NCBI RefSeq assembly: GCF_030529325.1
Contig: NZ_JAUMXC010000001.1
Location: 52,342 to 116,341, forward strand
Direction: 5' to 3'
From: Porphyromonas sp.
GTDB lineage: Bacteria; Bacteroidota; Bacteroidia; Bacteroidales; Porphyromonadaceae
Length of the DNA stretch: 64,000 nt
Shown: positions 1-8,978 of the stretch, one piece after another
Layout: each line of letters begins with the position of its first letter
Position numbering within the stretch: position 1 is the first letter of the stretch
Made by a program: the position numbers and the translations under genes
The notes under the pieces: generated by a model
Database searches by the model: none
What the model saw: the letters and a program-made list of their open reading frames with translations, nothing else
What the model was told of the DNA's origin: nothing

Positions 1-631
1 CATGAGTCAAAGCAAGGTCCAACATAAAAGTCTGAGCAAGACTCTTGGTCGTCTTGGGGTTATCTGCAGGACCTGTGGTAATCTCAGCATTGAGATCAGA
101 GCGCAAATATCGCACAGTAGCACCAAGACTCCACATCGGATGGAACTTGATGGCATATCCCAAGTCAAATGCAAGCTCAAAAGGATTTATGGTCAATGGC
201 TTGGAATTGTCTTGTCTCGGAAACAACAAAGCCTCACCAATATCGAAGTACCTGAACGAAGCACTCAGGCCATGGCGGATATCGCTCCCCCAAGTATAGT
301 AACCGGTCAAATAAGTAATCCCCATATCCTTGGCAATCTCAGTGAGCCAAGGCGTATAGGATAAGGAAACACCCCAGGTCTTCTGACTGAATCCAAGTTT
401 GGAGATATTGTGATAGATAGAATAAGTGTCTGTCCCTGTAGCCACGCCGGTATCAGCCATACCTGCACTCCTTGCGTCAGGCACAATAACTGCTGAGACC
501 GCTCCAATCTGAGGAGGATTGAAGTACTCTCGGGTTGAGGAAGTCCCGGAAGTACCTTGCCCCGAAGCTATCGTGACTCCAAACAAGAGGGGTGTCAACA
601 AGCCTACTATTTTGGTGTATCTGAGTTTCAT
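1..631 (-). CDS. Outer-membrane beta-barrel protein, N-terminal part only (gene runs off window start); possible T9SS PorV/LptO-like
   Basis: Reverse-strand ATG at 631 and no stop before position 1, so it is missing from the ORF track. Translation MKLRYTKIVGLLTPLLFGVTIASGQ (signal peptide) then ...VPDARSAGMADTGVATG... which resembles the PorV/FadL-like barrel N-terminal motif as recalled from memory. Confidence 0.4.
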   Translation of the reverse strand, partial: MKLRYTKIVGLLTPLLFGVTIASGQGTSGTSSTREYFNPPQIGAVSAVIVPDARSAGMADTGVATGTDTYSIYHNISKLGFSQKTWGVSLSYTPWLTEIAKDMGITYLTGYYTWGSDIRHGLSASFRYFDIGEALLFPRQDNSKPLTINPFELAFDLGYAIKFHPMWSLGATVRYLRSDLNAEITTGPADNPKTTKSLAQTFMLDLALTH

Positions 632-679
632 GTGATGTGTATTTGTACTTTATCTGTTTTTTGCTTCAGCTTTGTTCAG

Positions 680-1279
680 TCATCGAATACCGACAAAGGC
701 CAACTCTTCCTCTCCCCATGCGATGTAGAGATCGTCACCCTCTGTGACAGGCTCATAAGCCGGCAACAAAGGAAAGGTAAGCAAGTCCCCAATCTTGAGC
801 ATGAAATAACGGCTCAACATAGAGAGATAGGTATCCACTGTCGAACGAGACAACAGCTCGATAAGCCTTCTCTCATCACCATAGATGAATGTCAATTGTC
901 GATCAGAGCATTTGTCATAAGTCATCATCGAACCTTGGACAAGTGAACCGTCAAAACCCGAATAGGGCACATGAGGAGCCATTGTTTTCAAAGCGTCTCG
1001 GACGTCGTCAAGACCACACAAAGAAAAACCCACACCGACCTGCTCCCAATATCGATGAGCGAACTCGTGTTCGACAAACTTACCCACGCGTGCGATACGA
1101 ACAATCATGTGCGGCTGTACATACAACCTGCGGATATGTTCGGGACAATAAACCACCTTGCCGGAGTTAAGCATGGCCGAGTCCGGCTTGGTATATATAC
1201 TCCTGATATCAGGCTTATCACTCAAATGCTCATGATCGTCCGGAAGCAAATGATCAAAATCTGTACAAAAAATCCTCAC
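680..1279 (-). CDS. Hypothetical protein (His/Asp-rich N-terminus DHLLPDDHEHL, possible metal-binding enzyme)
   Basis: 199 aa ORF co-directional between rex and the PorV-like gene. No confident family assignment from sequence alone. Confidence 0.35.
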   Translation of the reverse strand: MRIFCTDFDHLLPDDHEHLSDKPDIRSIYTKPDSAMLNSGKVVYCPEHIRRLYVQPHMIVRIARVGKFVEHEFAHRYWEQVGVGFSLCGLDDVRDALKTMAPHVPYSGFDGSLVQGSMMTYDKCSDRQLTFIYGDERRLIELLSRSTVDTYLSMLSRYFMLKIGDLLTFPLLPAYEPVTEGDDLYIAWGEEELAFVGIR

Positions 1280-1320
1280 TCTTAGCTTCTAAATATCTAT
1301 GTCTGATTTATGCCTCATTT

Positions 1321-1962
1321 TCACTGATGAGACTGTTCCTTCAGTCGGTTAAACATCACAGCAAGGTGAGCATACATCGAAGTATTCTGTACCACAACGC
1401 CATCGGGGACTGTGATACGTAGCGGCGTAAAGTTCCATATCGCCTTTATCCCATGCTCTACCATCATATTGGCAACCTCTTGCGCATTACCAATGGGGAC
1501 AGTCAATATCCCCACAGTGATATCAGGAGAGATGACCTCAGCCAATTTGTCCATGTGATAAATAGGCAGACCTCCGACAGTAGTTCCACAGAGTTCGTCA
1601 GATACATCAAAACCTGCCACGATCTCAAGACCATACTGATTGAGACCTCTATCTGTGATCAGAGAAGCACCGAGGTTACCCACACCAAACACACAAGCTT
1701 TGTGACAGTCATTGAAGCCTAAAAAGTCCTCCAAGACCTCGACCATATTATTCACATCGTATCCGACTCTTGTCTTGCCGGACAGAGAGACATAGGACAA
1801 ATCCTTTGCTACCAAAGCGGAGTCAACCCCAATGGACTTTGCGATATAAGTGGATGAAACCACCTTTTCACCTTGCTTACTTAGCAATTTCACATACGCC
1901 AAGTACCAAGGCAATCTACGGAGGGCGGGCTCTGGCACCTGACTATTTCTCTTCTTTGCCAT
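1321..1962 (-). CDS. rex: Redox-sensing transcriptional repressor Rex
   Basis: Winged-helix N-terminus (LRRLPWYLAYVKLL) plus Rossmann domain GVGNLGASL; start placed at internal MAKKRNSQVPEPA (1962), not the longer ORF-track start. Confidence 0.85.
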   Translation of the reverse strand: MAKKRNSQVPEPALRRLPWYLAYVKLLSKQGEKVVSSTYIAKSIGVDSALVAKDLSYVSLSGKTRVGYDVNNMVEVLEDFLGFNDCHKACVFGVGNLGASLITDRGLNQYGLEIVAGFDVSDELCGTTVGGLPIYHMDKLAEVISPDITVGILTVPIGNAQEVANMMVEHGIKAIWNFTPLRITVPDGVVVQNTSMYAHLAVMFNRLKEQSHQ

Positions 1963-2302
1963 TTTCAAAATACAATTCTCTTTACAATGGCTCTTACCTC
2001 TACCGACCAAATTATATGGCAAGCGGGTAACAGTCTGCGTTAATAATCAATATTCAAAAACCTTTCACATCACAAAAATAAAGATTTTGAATGGCTTTGC
2101 ACAATAAAGAGACAAATATTTAATGAAAAAAATGTCTAATATTGGCAGAAATACAGATTAATGACGATATTATCGAGAGACAGAGTCTTTTATCAATAAA
2201 AACGGGCACTAATCCTCCCCTATCTTCCTTACCCACGAGCGCATATAGACACCTTGACAACCCATCCAGAAGAACGTCATCTTATCCTCTAAAATATTTT
2301 GA

Positions 2303-2310
2303 TAAATTTG
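2303..2310 (+). promoter_or_regulatory. Bacteroidetes-type -7 promoter box TAAATTTG (TAnnTTTG) about 40 nt upstream of the Hint-protein ATG
   Basis: Matches the sigma-ABfr -7 consensus TAnnTTTG; no other ORF in the 330 bp intergenic region. Confidence 0.3.
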
Positions 2311-2349
2311 CCGTATCAGATAGTGCAAACTCAAAAAATCAATACAACT

Positions 2350-3567
2350 ATGAAACGGGTTTACATCATTTTAGCCATACTCTTATCCATCCAGACAGGA
2401 TATGCCCAGATTAAGGAAATGCATCCTACTCAGACCGAACGATTGGATCTGAGCGCTAAGGGAGAAAAAGCTTTTGAAGCAAAGGCCAAAGCCATACAAA
2501 AGATCTACGAAAAACTGGAGAAAAAGGGTGGTTCGGAAGCCCTAACCAAAAAGGAAAGAGAACTCCTTGACAGCTACGACGACACAATAGACAGTTACTG
2601 GTCCATCATCGGGAGCGGATGTAGCTGGTACTGTGGAGGAGGTACCAAGAGCGTCACGGCCTCAAGCCACCTCAAGGCTCAAGGCTCAATAAACTATCTA
2701 CCCGACAACGCTCATGACCTTAACTATAAGAACGCATGGGCAGAAGGAGTCCCGGGCTACGGGATCGGAGAATACCTGTTGTACACCTTCGATGCAACAG
2801 CTCCACGGATCAATCAGATAATTGTAGTCAATGGTTATGTCAAAAGTAAGACCGCTTGGGAAAACAACTCCAGAGTCAAAAAACTGAAAGTATACATCAA
2901 CAATAAACCCTATGCCATACTCAACCTCAAAGACATAAGAGGATCTCAGACATTCGATGTCGAGCCCATAGGCAACACTCCGAGAGAGAACGAGGAGGAG
3001 ATGCAAAAGAAGGGAGACTGGACAATGAAGTTTGAGATATTGGAAGTATATAAGGGCGCAAAGTATGATGACGTCATCATATCGGAGATCTATTTCGATG
3101 GGTTGGATGTACACTGCCTTGCCAAGGGGACTCCGGTCCTTATGGCGGATATGTCTGAGAAAAACATCGAAGACTTGGAGATCGGCGACCTTGTTGCGTA
3201 TATAGATGGCAAGGAGTTCAAAACCGCACGTATAGAAAAACTTGCAAAAGCAACACATCACGGACTCGTCACCTACAGATTTGAGAGTGGTAGAAGCATA
3301 ACAACAACACAGGATCATCCATTCAGAATAGAAACAAAAGGTTGGTCATCCCTAAGCCCCGAAAAATCGGCTAGGTATAGAGGATTTGAAAAAGTAAGAA
3401 AGGTCGAAATAGGAGACGAATTCGCGACAGCATCAGGCAGAGACCGATTGATTGCAATCGAGCACCTGAACGAGACTCAAGAGACCTACACTATTTCGAA
3501 AATGAACAATGGAGATCACTTCATCGCCAATGGGCTGATCGTAGGGATCGAAGAACTCAACGAATAA
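2350..3567 (+). CDS. Secreted protein: signal peptide + coiled-coil/Lys-rich region + F5/8 type C (discoidin) domain + C-terminal Hint (Hedgehog/intein-like, BIL-type) domain
   Basis: MKRVYIILAILLSIQTGYAQ signal; VTASSHL...AWAEG...ISEIYFDG discoidin-like motifs; Hint block A C-LAKGTPVLMADMS (Cys codon 3115-3117) and block B TTTQDHPF (His codon 3316-3318). The protein ends right after the Hint domain. Confidence 0.6.
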   Translation: MKRVYIILAILLSIQTGYAQIKEMHPTQTERLDLSAKGEKAFEAKAKAIQKIYEKLEKKGGSEALTKKERELLDSYDDTIDSYWSIIGSGCSWYCGGGTKSVTASSHLKAQGSINYLPDNAHDLNYKNAWAEGVPGYGIGEYLLYTFDATAPRINQIIVVNGYVKSKTAWENNSRVKKLKVYINNKPYAILNLKDIRGSQTFDVEPIGNTPRENEEEMQKKGDWTMKFEILEVYKGAKYDDVIISEIYFDGLDVHCLAKGTPVLMADMSEKNIEDLEIGDLVAYIDGKEFKTARIEKLAKATHHGLVTYRFESGRSITTTQDHPFRIETKGWSSLSPEKSARYRGFEKVRKVEIGDEFATASGRDRLIAIEHLNETQETYTISKMNNGDHFIANGLIVGIEELNE

Positions 3568-3589
3568 ATCACACCGACAAAAATAATCA

Positions 3590-3630
3590 AAGGGGTGTTG
3601 CTGATACGAACTCGGCAGCACCCCTTTTGC
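3590..3630 (+). terminator. Rho-independent terminator-like hairpin after the Hint-protein gene
   Basis: AGGGGTGTTGCTG...CAGCACCCCT stem followed by TTTT. Confidence 0.45.
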
Positions 3631-3741
3631 ATAAACAAGATAATATCAGACAATTAAAATCCAAATCTCCACCTCATCGCTCTCCACAATCCGAACCTTC
3701 CCACAAAGGGTCAAAGAAAAGATAAAGAACCTCCCAAATCA

Positions 3742-3803
3742 ATGTGTCTAACTTGATGAATGAAGTTGTCTAACTTGATGCATCAAGTTAGACAACCTTT
3801 TTT
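3742..3803 (+). repeat. Copy 1 of a ~60 bp structured repeat family (GTCTAACTTGA direct units + 14 bp perfect hairpin GTTGTCTAACTTGA-tgca-TCAAGTTAGACAAC + T6)
   Basis: Near-identical copies at 10582, 22312, 49024 (inverted) and 57736. The apparent 61 aa ORF 3760-3945 is an artefact of the repeat sequence. Confidence 0.8.
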
Positions 3804-4044
3804 CGACAGGCTGAAACCTTTTTTTACAACGATGAACAAGGGTGTGAAGGAGGCTTATCAGGAAAAGGGTTATGTTTTCTTGATTTATCAGCAGGAGATC
3901 CCCCAAAATGACAAGATTTTGCACAGTCTACACATCAAAATCTAGGAAAGACAATCGGAAAGTCAGAAGCCCCTGCAAAACATTCAAAAAAACATGCTAA
4001 ATAATTTGGAATAGCCAAAAGTAACATCGAACTTTGTACAGAAA

Positions 4045-5403
4045 ATGACCGCATTAGCACCCTTAGCAGAAAGAATGCGCCCACAGACTCTTGACTCCTA
4101 TGTAGGGCAGGAGCACTTGGTAGCGCCGGGAGCACCACTCTATGAGATGCTCTCCGGGAGTATTTTGCGCTCATTTATCCTATGGGGTCCTCCCGGAGTA
4201 GGCAAAACAACGCTGGCTCACATCATATCCAAAACCCTTGGTCTCCCCTTTTACACGCTTAGTGCCGTATCATCCGGAGTGAAAGATGTAAGAGATGTCA
4301 TCAGGGTTGCAGAGGATAGCAAAGGGGGCTTATTTTCGGGTGGTACACCGATCTTGTTTATAGATGAAATCCATCGATTCAACAAATCCCAACAAGACTC
4401 CCTTCTTCATGCTGTAGAGAGAGGGGTTGTGACACTCGTGGGAGCAACCACAGAAAATCCTTCGTTTGAGATCATCCGTCCGCTCTTGTCCAGGTGTCGC
4501 GTATTTGTCCTGAAATCTCTGGACGCCAAGGCAATGAGACAGTTGTTGGACAAAACTATCGAGACAGACACGCTGATGCAGGCGTTTGACTTTGAGATAG
4601 TAGAAACGGATGCGTTGTTTGCTGCAGCAGCAGGCGATGCCCGAAAGTTGCTCAACATCATAGAACTGCTCACCCTCACGCCTGAAGCTCAAAAAACGAA
4701 GAAGGTAGTCATCTCCAACGAAAATGTAGCAAAACATCTCCAACAAAATCCGGCTGTCTATGACAAAGGCGGTGAGATGCACTATGACATCATCTCGGCG
4801 TTTATAAAATCTGTGAGAGGGAGTCATCCCGACGCTGCGCTGTATTGGTTGGCTCGGATGATAGAGGGAGGAGAAGATCCGAAGTTTATTGCGAGACGTT
4901 TGGTGATCTTGGCAAGTGAAGATATAGGATTGGCTAATCCCAATGCTCTCCTCATAGCTCAGGCCGCATTTGATGCAATAGAAAAAATCGGCTGGCCTGA
5001 AGGTCGCATTTCTCTCTCTGAAGCAACAATATACCTGGCAACAAGCCCCAAAAGCAACAGTGCTTATGAAGCCATAGACAAGGCCTTGGCTTACGTACGT
5101 GCCAACCCGGCAGCACCTGTCCCCATGCATCTGCGAAATGCTCCGACAGAGCTGATGTCAGAATTGGGCTATGGAGCCGGATATATCTATCCCCATCTGT
5201 ACAAAGGTAACTATGCCCCTCAACAATATCTCCCCGAAGAAGTAAAGGGGATAACGTTTTGGGAGCCGGCAGATAATATACAAGAGACTCGTTTGATGGA
5301 GTTTGTGAATAGCAGGAGACAGATGTATGGAGAGAAAACCGACATTTTGTCCCCAAGATCTCAACAAATGCACAGGGAGTCTGACCCAAATATCGAGAAC
5401 TAA
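4045..5403 (+). CDS. rarA: Replication-associated recombination protein A (AAA+ ATPase RarA/MgsA)
   Basis: N-terminus [19 protein letters not shown] and Walker [10 protein letters not shown], like E. coli RarA. Confidence 0.9.
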   Translation: MTALAPLAERMRPQTLDSYVGQEHLVAPGAPLYEMLSGSILRSFILWGPPGVGKTTLAHIISKTLGLPFYTLSAVSSGVKDVRDVIRVAEDSKGGLFSGGTPILFIDEIHRFNKSQQDSLLHAVERGVVTLVGATTENPSFEIIRPLLSRCRVFVLKSLDAKAMRQLLDKTIETDTLMQAFDFEIVETDALFAAAAGDARKLLNIIELLTLTPEAQKTKKVVISNENVAKHLQQNPAVYDKGGEMHYDIISAFIKSVRGSHPDAALYWLARMIEGGEDPKFIARRLVILASEDIGLANPNALLIAQAAFDAIEKIGWPEGRISLSEATIYLATSPKSNSAYEAIDKALAYVRANPAAPVPMHLRNAPTELMSELGYGAGYIYPHLYKGNYAPQQYLPEEVKGITFWEPADNIQETRLMEFVNSRRQMYGEKTDILSPRSQQMHRESDPNIEN

Positions 5404-5446
5404 TTACTATATTTATAAACTAAAATTATCCAAACTATTTTCAACA

Positions 5447-6526
5447 ATGAAAAAGCACAATTTCAATGCAGGACCATGTGTCCTACCTCGCGAAGCAGTG
5501 GAATCTGCAATCGAAGCTATCCGTGATTTCGACAACACCGGTATCGGTATCCTTGAAATCTCTCACCGTACTCCGGGCTGGGAACGCATCATGAAGGAAA
5601 CAGCAGATCTATGGCGCGAACTCCTCAATATCCCCGACAACTACAAGGTACTTTTCCTTGGCGGTGGTGCAAGCACTCAGTTCTTCCATGTCCCTGCAAA
5701 CATCCTCGGCAAGAAGGCTGCTTACCTACAGACAGGTGTTTGGGCGAAGAAGGCTGCTAAGGAAGCTAAGTTCTATGGTGATGTAGAAATCGTTGCTTCT
5801 TCAGAAGATAAGAACTATTCTTACATACCAAAAGGATACACCATCCCTACTGATGTTGACTACTTCCACATCACTACAAACAACACTATCTACGGTACTG
5901 AAATCCATGAAGACATCGACAGCCCCGTCACTCTCGTTGCCGACATGTCATCTGACATCCTCAGCCGTCCTGTAGACGTAAGCAAGTACGGTATCATCTA
6001 TGGTGGTGCTCAAAAGAACGTAGGTCCTGCAGGTGTTACTTTCGTCATCGTACGCGAAGACCTCCTTGGCAAGGTAGAGCGCAAGCTCCAGACAATGGTG
6101 GACTACCGCACACACATCGGTGATGCTGAGAAGGATCGCTCAATGTTCAACACACCTCCTGTATTCTCTATCTTCGTAATGCACGAAACTCTAAAGTGGG
6201 TGAAGAACCTCGGTGGTCTTGAAGCAATGTACAAGATCAACAAGGAAAAGGCTGAACTCCTTTACAACGAAATCGACCGCAACAAGATGTTCGTCGGTAC
6301 AGCAGCTAAGGAAGACCGTTCACTCATGAACGTTTGCTTCGTAATGGCTGAAGAACACAAGGACAAGGAAGCTGCATTCATGGAATTTGCGAAGGCTGCA
6401 GGTATGGTAGGTATCAAGGGTCACCGTTCAGTAGGTGGTTTCCGTGCTTCTATCTACAACGCTTGCCCACGTGAGTCTGTAGAAGCTCTTGTTAAGTGTA
6501 TGCAAGACTTCGAAAAGCAATTCTAA
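5447..6526 (+). CDS. serC: Phosphoserine aminotransferase
   Basis: [18 protein letters not shown]... typical SerC N-terminus; start moved to ATG 5447 (the ORF-track upstream extension overlaps rarA). Confidence 0.9.
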   Translation: MKKHNFNAGPCVLPREAVESAIEAIRDFDNTGIGILEISHRTPGWERIMKETADLWRELLNIPDNYKVLFLGGGASTQFFHVPANILGKKAAYLQTGVWAKKAAKEAKFYGDVEIVASSEDKNYSYIPKGYTIPTDVDYFHITTNNTIYGTEIHEDIDSPVTLVADMSSDILSRPVDVSKYGIIYGGAQKNVGPAGVTFVIVREDLLGKVERKLQTMVDYRTHIGDAEKDRSMFNTPPVFSIFVMHETLKWVKNLGGLEAMYKINKEKAELLYNEIDRNKMFVGTAAKEDRSLMNVCFVMAEEHKDKEAAFMEFAKAAGMVGIKGHRSVGGFRASIYNACPRESVEALVKCMQDFEKQF

Positions 6527-6556
6527 AATCATACTAATCCGTAAAAATATTCAGTC

Positions 6557-7480
6557 ATGGCAAAAGTATTGATCGCAACGGAAAAGCCTTTCGCTCCCGT
6601 AGCTGTCGCTCAGATCAGCGAGATCCTTGAGGCAAACGGTTTCGAGGTAGTGAAGCTCGAAAAGTACACAGAGAAAAGTCAACTTCTCGAGGCTGTCAAG
6701 GATGTGGAAGGTATCATCGTACGTAGTGACATCATCGATGCAGAAGTCATCGAAGCAGCTAAGAACCTCAAGATCGTCGTGCGTGCAGGTGCAGGTTATG
6801 ACAATGTCGACTGCGAAGCTGCAACAAAGCACAATGTCTGCGTGATGAACACCCCTGGCCAAAACTCTAATGCAGTTGCTGAGCTTGTGTTTGCAATGCT
6901 GCTCTTCCACGTAAGAACAGGATTCAATGGCAAGACAGGTAGCGAGCTTATGGGTAAAAAGCTTGGTGTAATGTCTTATGGTAACATCGGACAGAATGTT
7001 GCGCGTATCGGTCAAGGCTTCGGTATGGAGGTCTATGGTTTCCAGAGATTGACTCCTGCGAACTACTTCGTTAAGGACGGCTTCAAGTTCTTCAACGACA
7101 GAGAGCTTATGTTCGGTCTTTGCGACGTGATGGTATTAGCTATGCCTGCAGCGGCAAACACAAAGAAGATGATCGACTACAATTTGCTAAGCCGTATGCC
7201 TAAGGGTGCTATCCTTGTGAATATCGCTCGTAAGGACCTCATCAACGAAGCTGACCTTCTCCGCGTTCTTGGTGAAAGATCTGACCTTACTTACCTCACT
7301 GACGTGAAGCCTGATTGTGAAGCAGAACTTGTCGAAAAGTTCCCTAACCAATACTTTGCAACTGCAAAGAAGATGGGAGCTCAGACTGCTGAAGCTAACA
7401 CAAATGCAGGTATGGCTGCTGCTAAGCAAATCGCAGCGTTTATCCAAACAGGCGAAGCTAAGTTCAAAGTCAATAAGTGA
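6557..7480 (+). CDS. serA: D-3-phosphoglycerate dehydrogenase (short form, no ACT domain) / 2-hydroxyacid dehydrogenase
   Basis: D-isomer 2-hydroxyacid dehydrogenase fold, 307 aa, directly downstream of serC. Confidence 0.75.
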   Translation: MAKVLIATEKPFAPVAVAQISEILEANGFEVVKLEKYTEKSQLLEAVKDVEGIIVRSDIIDAEVIEAAKNLKIVVRAGAGYDNVDCEAATKHNVCVMNTPGQNSNAVAELVFAMLLFHVRTGFNGKTGSELMGKKLGVMSYGNIGQNVARIGQGFGMEVYGFQRLTPANYFVKDGFKFFNDRELMFGLCDVMVLAMPAAANTKKMIDYNLLSRMPKGAILVNIARKDLINEADLLRVLGERSDLTYLTDVKPDCEAELVEKFPNQYFATAKKMGAQTAEANTNAGMAAAKQIAAFIQTGEAKFKVNK

Positions 7481-7588
7481 TCAAACTTACATCCATAGAA
7501 AATATTTGAGAAAGGGACGACCGGCAGTAAAATACTACTGTCGGTCGCACCTGCCTCTATTCCCATACATCACAAACAACAAAATCCA

Positions 7589-8845
7589 ATGGCAAGAGTA
7601 AAACCTTTTAGAGGATTTCGTCCTCCCCAAGATCTTGTTACACAAGTAGCATCACGTCCATACGACGTCCTAAATAGCGATGAAGCTCGCGAAGAAGCAG
7701 CGGGCAACGAAAAGTCTCTCTATCACATCATCCGTCCTGAGATCGACTTCCCTGTAGGAAAGGACGAACACGATGAAGATGTGTACGCTAAGGCTGCAGA
7801 GAACTTCAAGATGTTCCAAGACAAAGGCTGGTTGGTTCAAGACTCTGAAGCATGCTACTACATCTATGCTCAGACAATGAATGGCAAGACCCAGTACGGT
7901 ATTGTCGTGGGTGCGAACGTGGATGACTACATGAACAATGTCATCAAGAAGCACGAGCTCACTCGTAAGGACAAGGAAGAAGACCGCATGAAGCACGTAC
8001 GTGTCAACAACGCCAACATCGAGCCTGTATTCCTTGCTTTCCCGGACAATGCTGAGTTGGAGCGCATCATCAACAAGTACAAAGCAACTGAGCCTATCTA
8101 CGACTTCGTAGCTCAACTCGATGGCTTTGGTCACCACTTCTGGGTTGTCAATGACAAGAACGACATCGAGACTATCACCAAGGCTTTCGCTGCGATGCCA
8201 TACCTATACATCGCTGACGGTCACCACAGATCTGCAGCTGCTGCTCTTGTAGGTGCTGAAAAGGCAAAGGCGAACCCCAACCACACAGGTGACGAAGAGT
8301 ACAACTACTTCATGGCAGTATGTTTCCCAGCAAGCCACCTTACCATCATCGACTACAACCGTGTTGTTAAGGACCTTAACGGTTTGTCAGAAGCAGACTT
8401 CCTCAAGGCTCTTGAAAAGGACTTCATCGTCGAAGAAAAAGGCGCAGCAGAATACAGGCCTGCAAAGCTCCACAACTTCGCTCTCTACTTGGGCGGTAAG
8501 TGGTACTCACTCACAGCTAAGGAAGGCACTTACAATGACAACGATCCTATCGGCGTCCTTGATGTGACTATCTCGTCTAACCTCATCCTCGATGAGATCC
8601 TCGGCATCAGAGACCTCCGCACCTCTAAGAGAATTGACTTCGTAGGTGGTATCCGTGGTCTTGGTGAACTCAAGAAGCGTGTAGACAGTGGTGAAATGGT
8701 TGCAGCACTTGCACTTTATCCTGTGTCAATGAAGCAACTCATGGACATTGCAGACTCAGGCAACATCATGCCTCCAAAGACTACATGGTTCGAGCCTAAA
8801 CTACGCTCAGGTCTTGTAGTTCACACTCTTGAAAACGACAAATAA
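7589..8845 (+). CDS. DUF1015 family protein
   Basis: 418 aa; the conserved Bacteroidetes partner that follows serC-serA; starts MARVKPFRGFRP. Confidence 0.7.
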   Translation: MARVKPFRGFRPPQDLVTQVASRPYDVLNSDEAREEAAGNEKSLYHIIRPEIDFPVGKDEHDEDVYAKAAENFKMFQDKGWLVQDSEACYYIYAQTMNGKTQYGIVVGANVDDYMNNVIKKHELTRKDKEEDRMKHVRVNNANIEPVFLAFPDNAELERIINKYKATEPIYDFVAQLDGFGHHFWVVNDKNDIETITKAFAAMPYLYIADGHHRSAAAALVGAEKAKANPNHTGDEEYNYFMAVCFPASHLTIIDYNRVVKDLNGLSEADFLKALEKDFIVEEKGAAEYRPAKLHNFALYLGGKWYSLTAKEGTYNDNDPIGVLDVTISSNLILDEILGIRDLRTSKRIDFVGGIRGLGELKKRVDSGEMVAALALYPVSMKQLMDIADSGNIMPPKTTWFEPKLRSGLVVHTLENDK

Positions 8846-8857
8846 TAGATAAAGTCC

Positions 8858-8896
8858 GGATCAGGCTTCCCATGCTCACTCATGGGAAGCCTGATC
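8858..8896 (+). terminator. Terminator-like hairpin after the DUF1015 gene
   Basis: GGATCAGGCTTCCCATG-ctcact-CATGGGAAGCCTGATC, a perfect 16 bp stem. Confidence 0.45.
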
Positions 8897-8978
8897 TAAC
8901 AAAAGTCTTTATAATTTTATGAAGGCGATCTAAAAATAATTAAGAGAACGCCTCCCAACTTTTTTCATTTCACACATA

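Noticed and set aside
2-364. 120 aa + strand ORF at the window start
   Set aside because: It is antisense to the much longer, signal-peptide-bearing PorV-like frame (1-631 -), has no recognisable motifs, and is an edge artefact.
3760-3945. 61 aa ORF (MKLSNLMHQVRQPFF...) downstream of the Hint gene
   Set aside because: Its N-terminus is simply the translation of repeat copy 1 (ATGAAGTTGTCTAACTTGATGCATCAAGTTAGACAACC), and the same pseudo-ORF start recurs in copy 3. It is an artefact of the repeat, not a gene.
4330-5130. 266 aa antisense ORF inside rarA (and similar long antisense ORFs, for example 2698..3318, 7670..8137, 50402..50848, 58763..59074)
   Set aside because: They lie opposite well-supported genes with strong family signatures and have no motifs of their own; typical GC-skewed antisense frames.
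8851-8870. AAAGTCCGG motif reminiscent of the RNase P RNA P4 region
   Set aside because: There is no GGGCUCC or other P4/P1-P3 context; it is just the left arm of a terminator hairpin.
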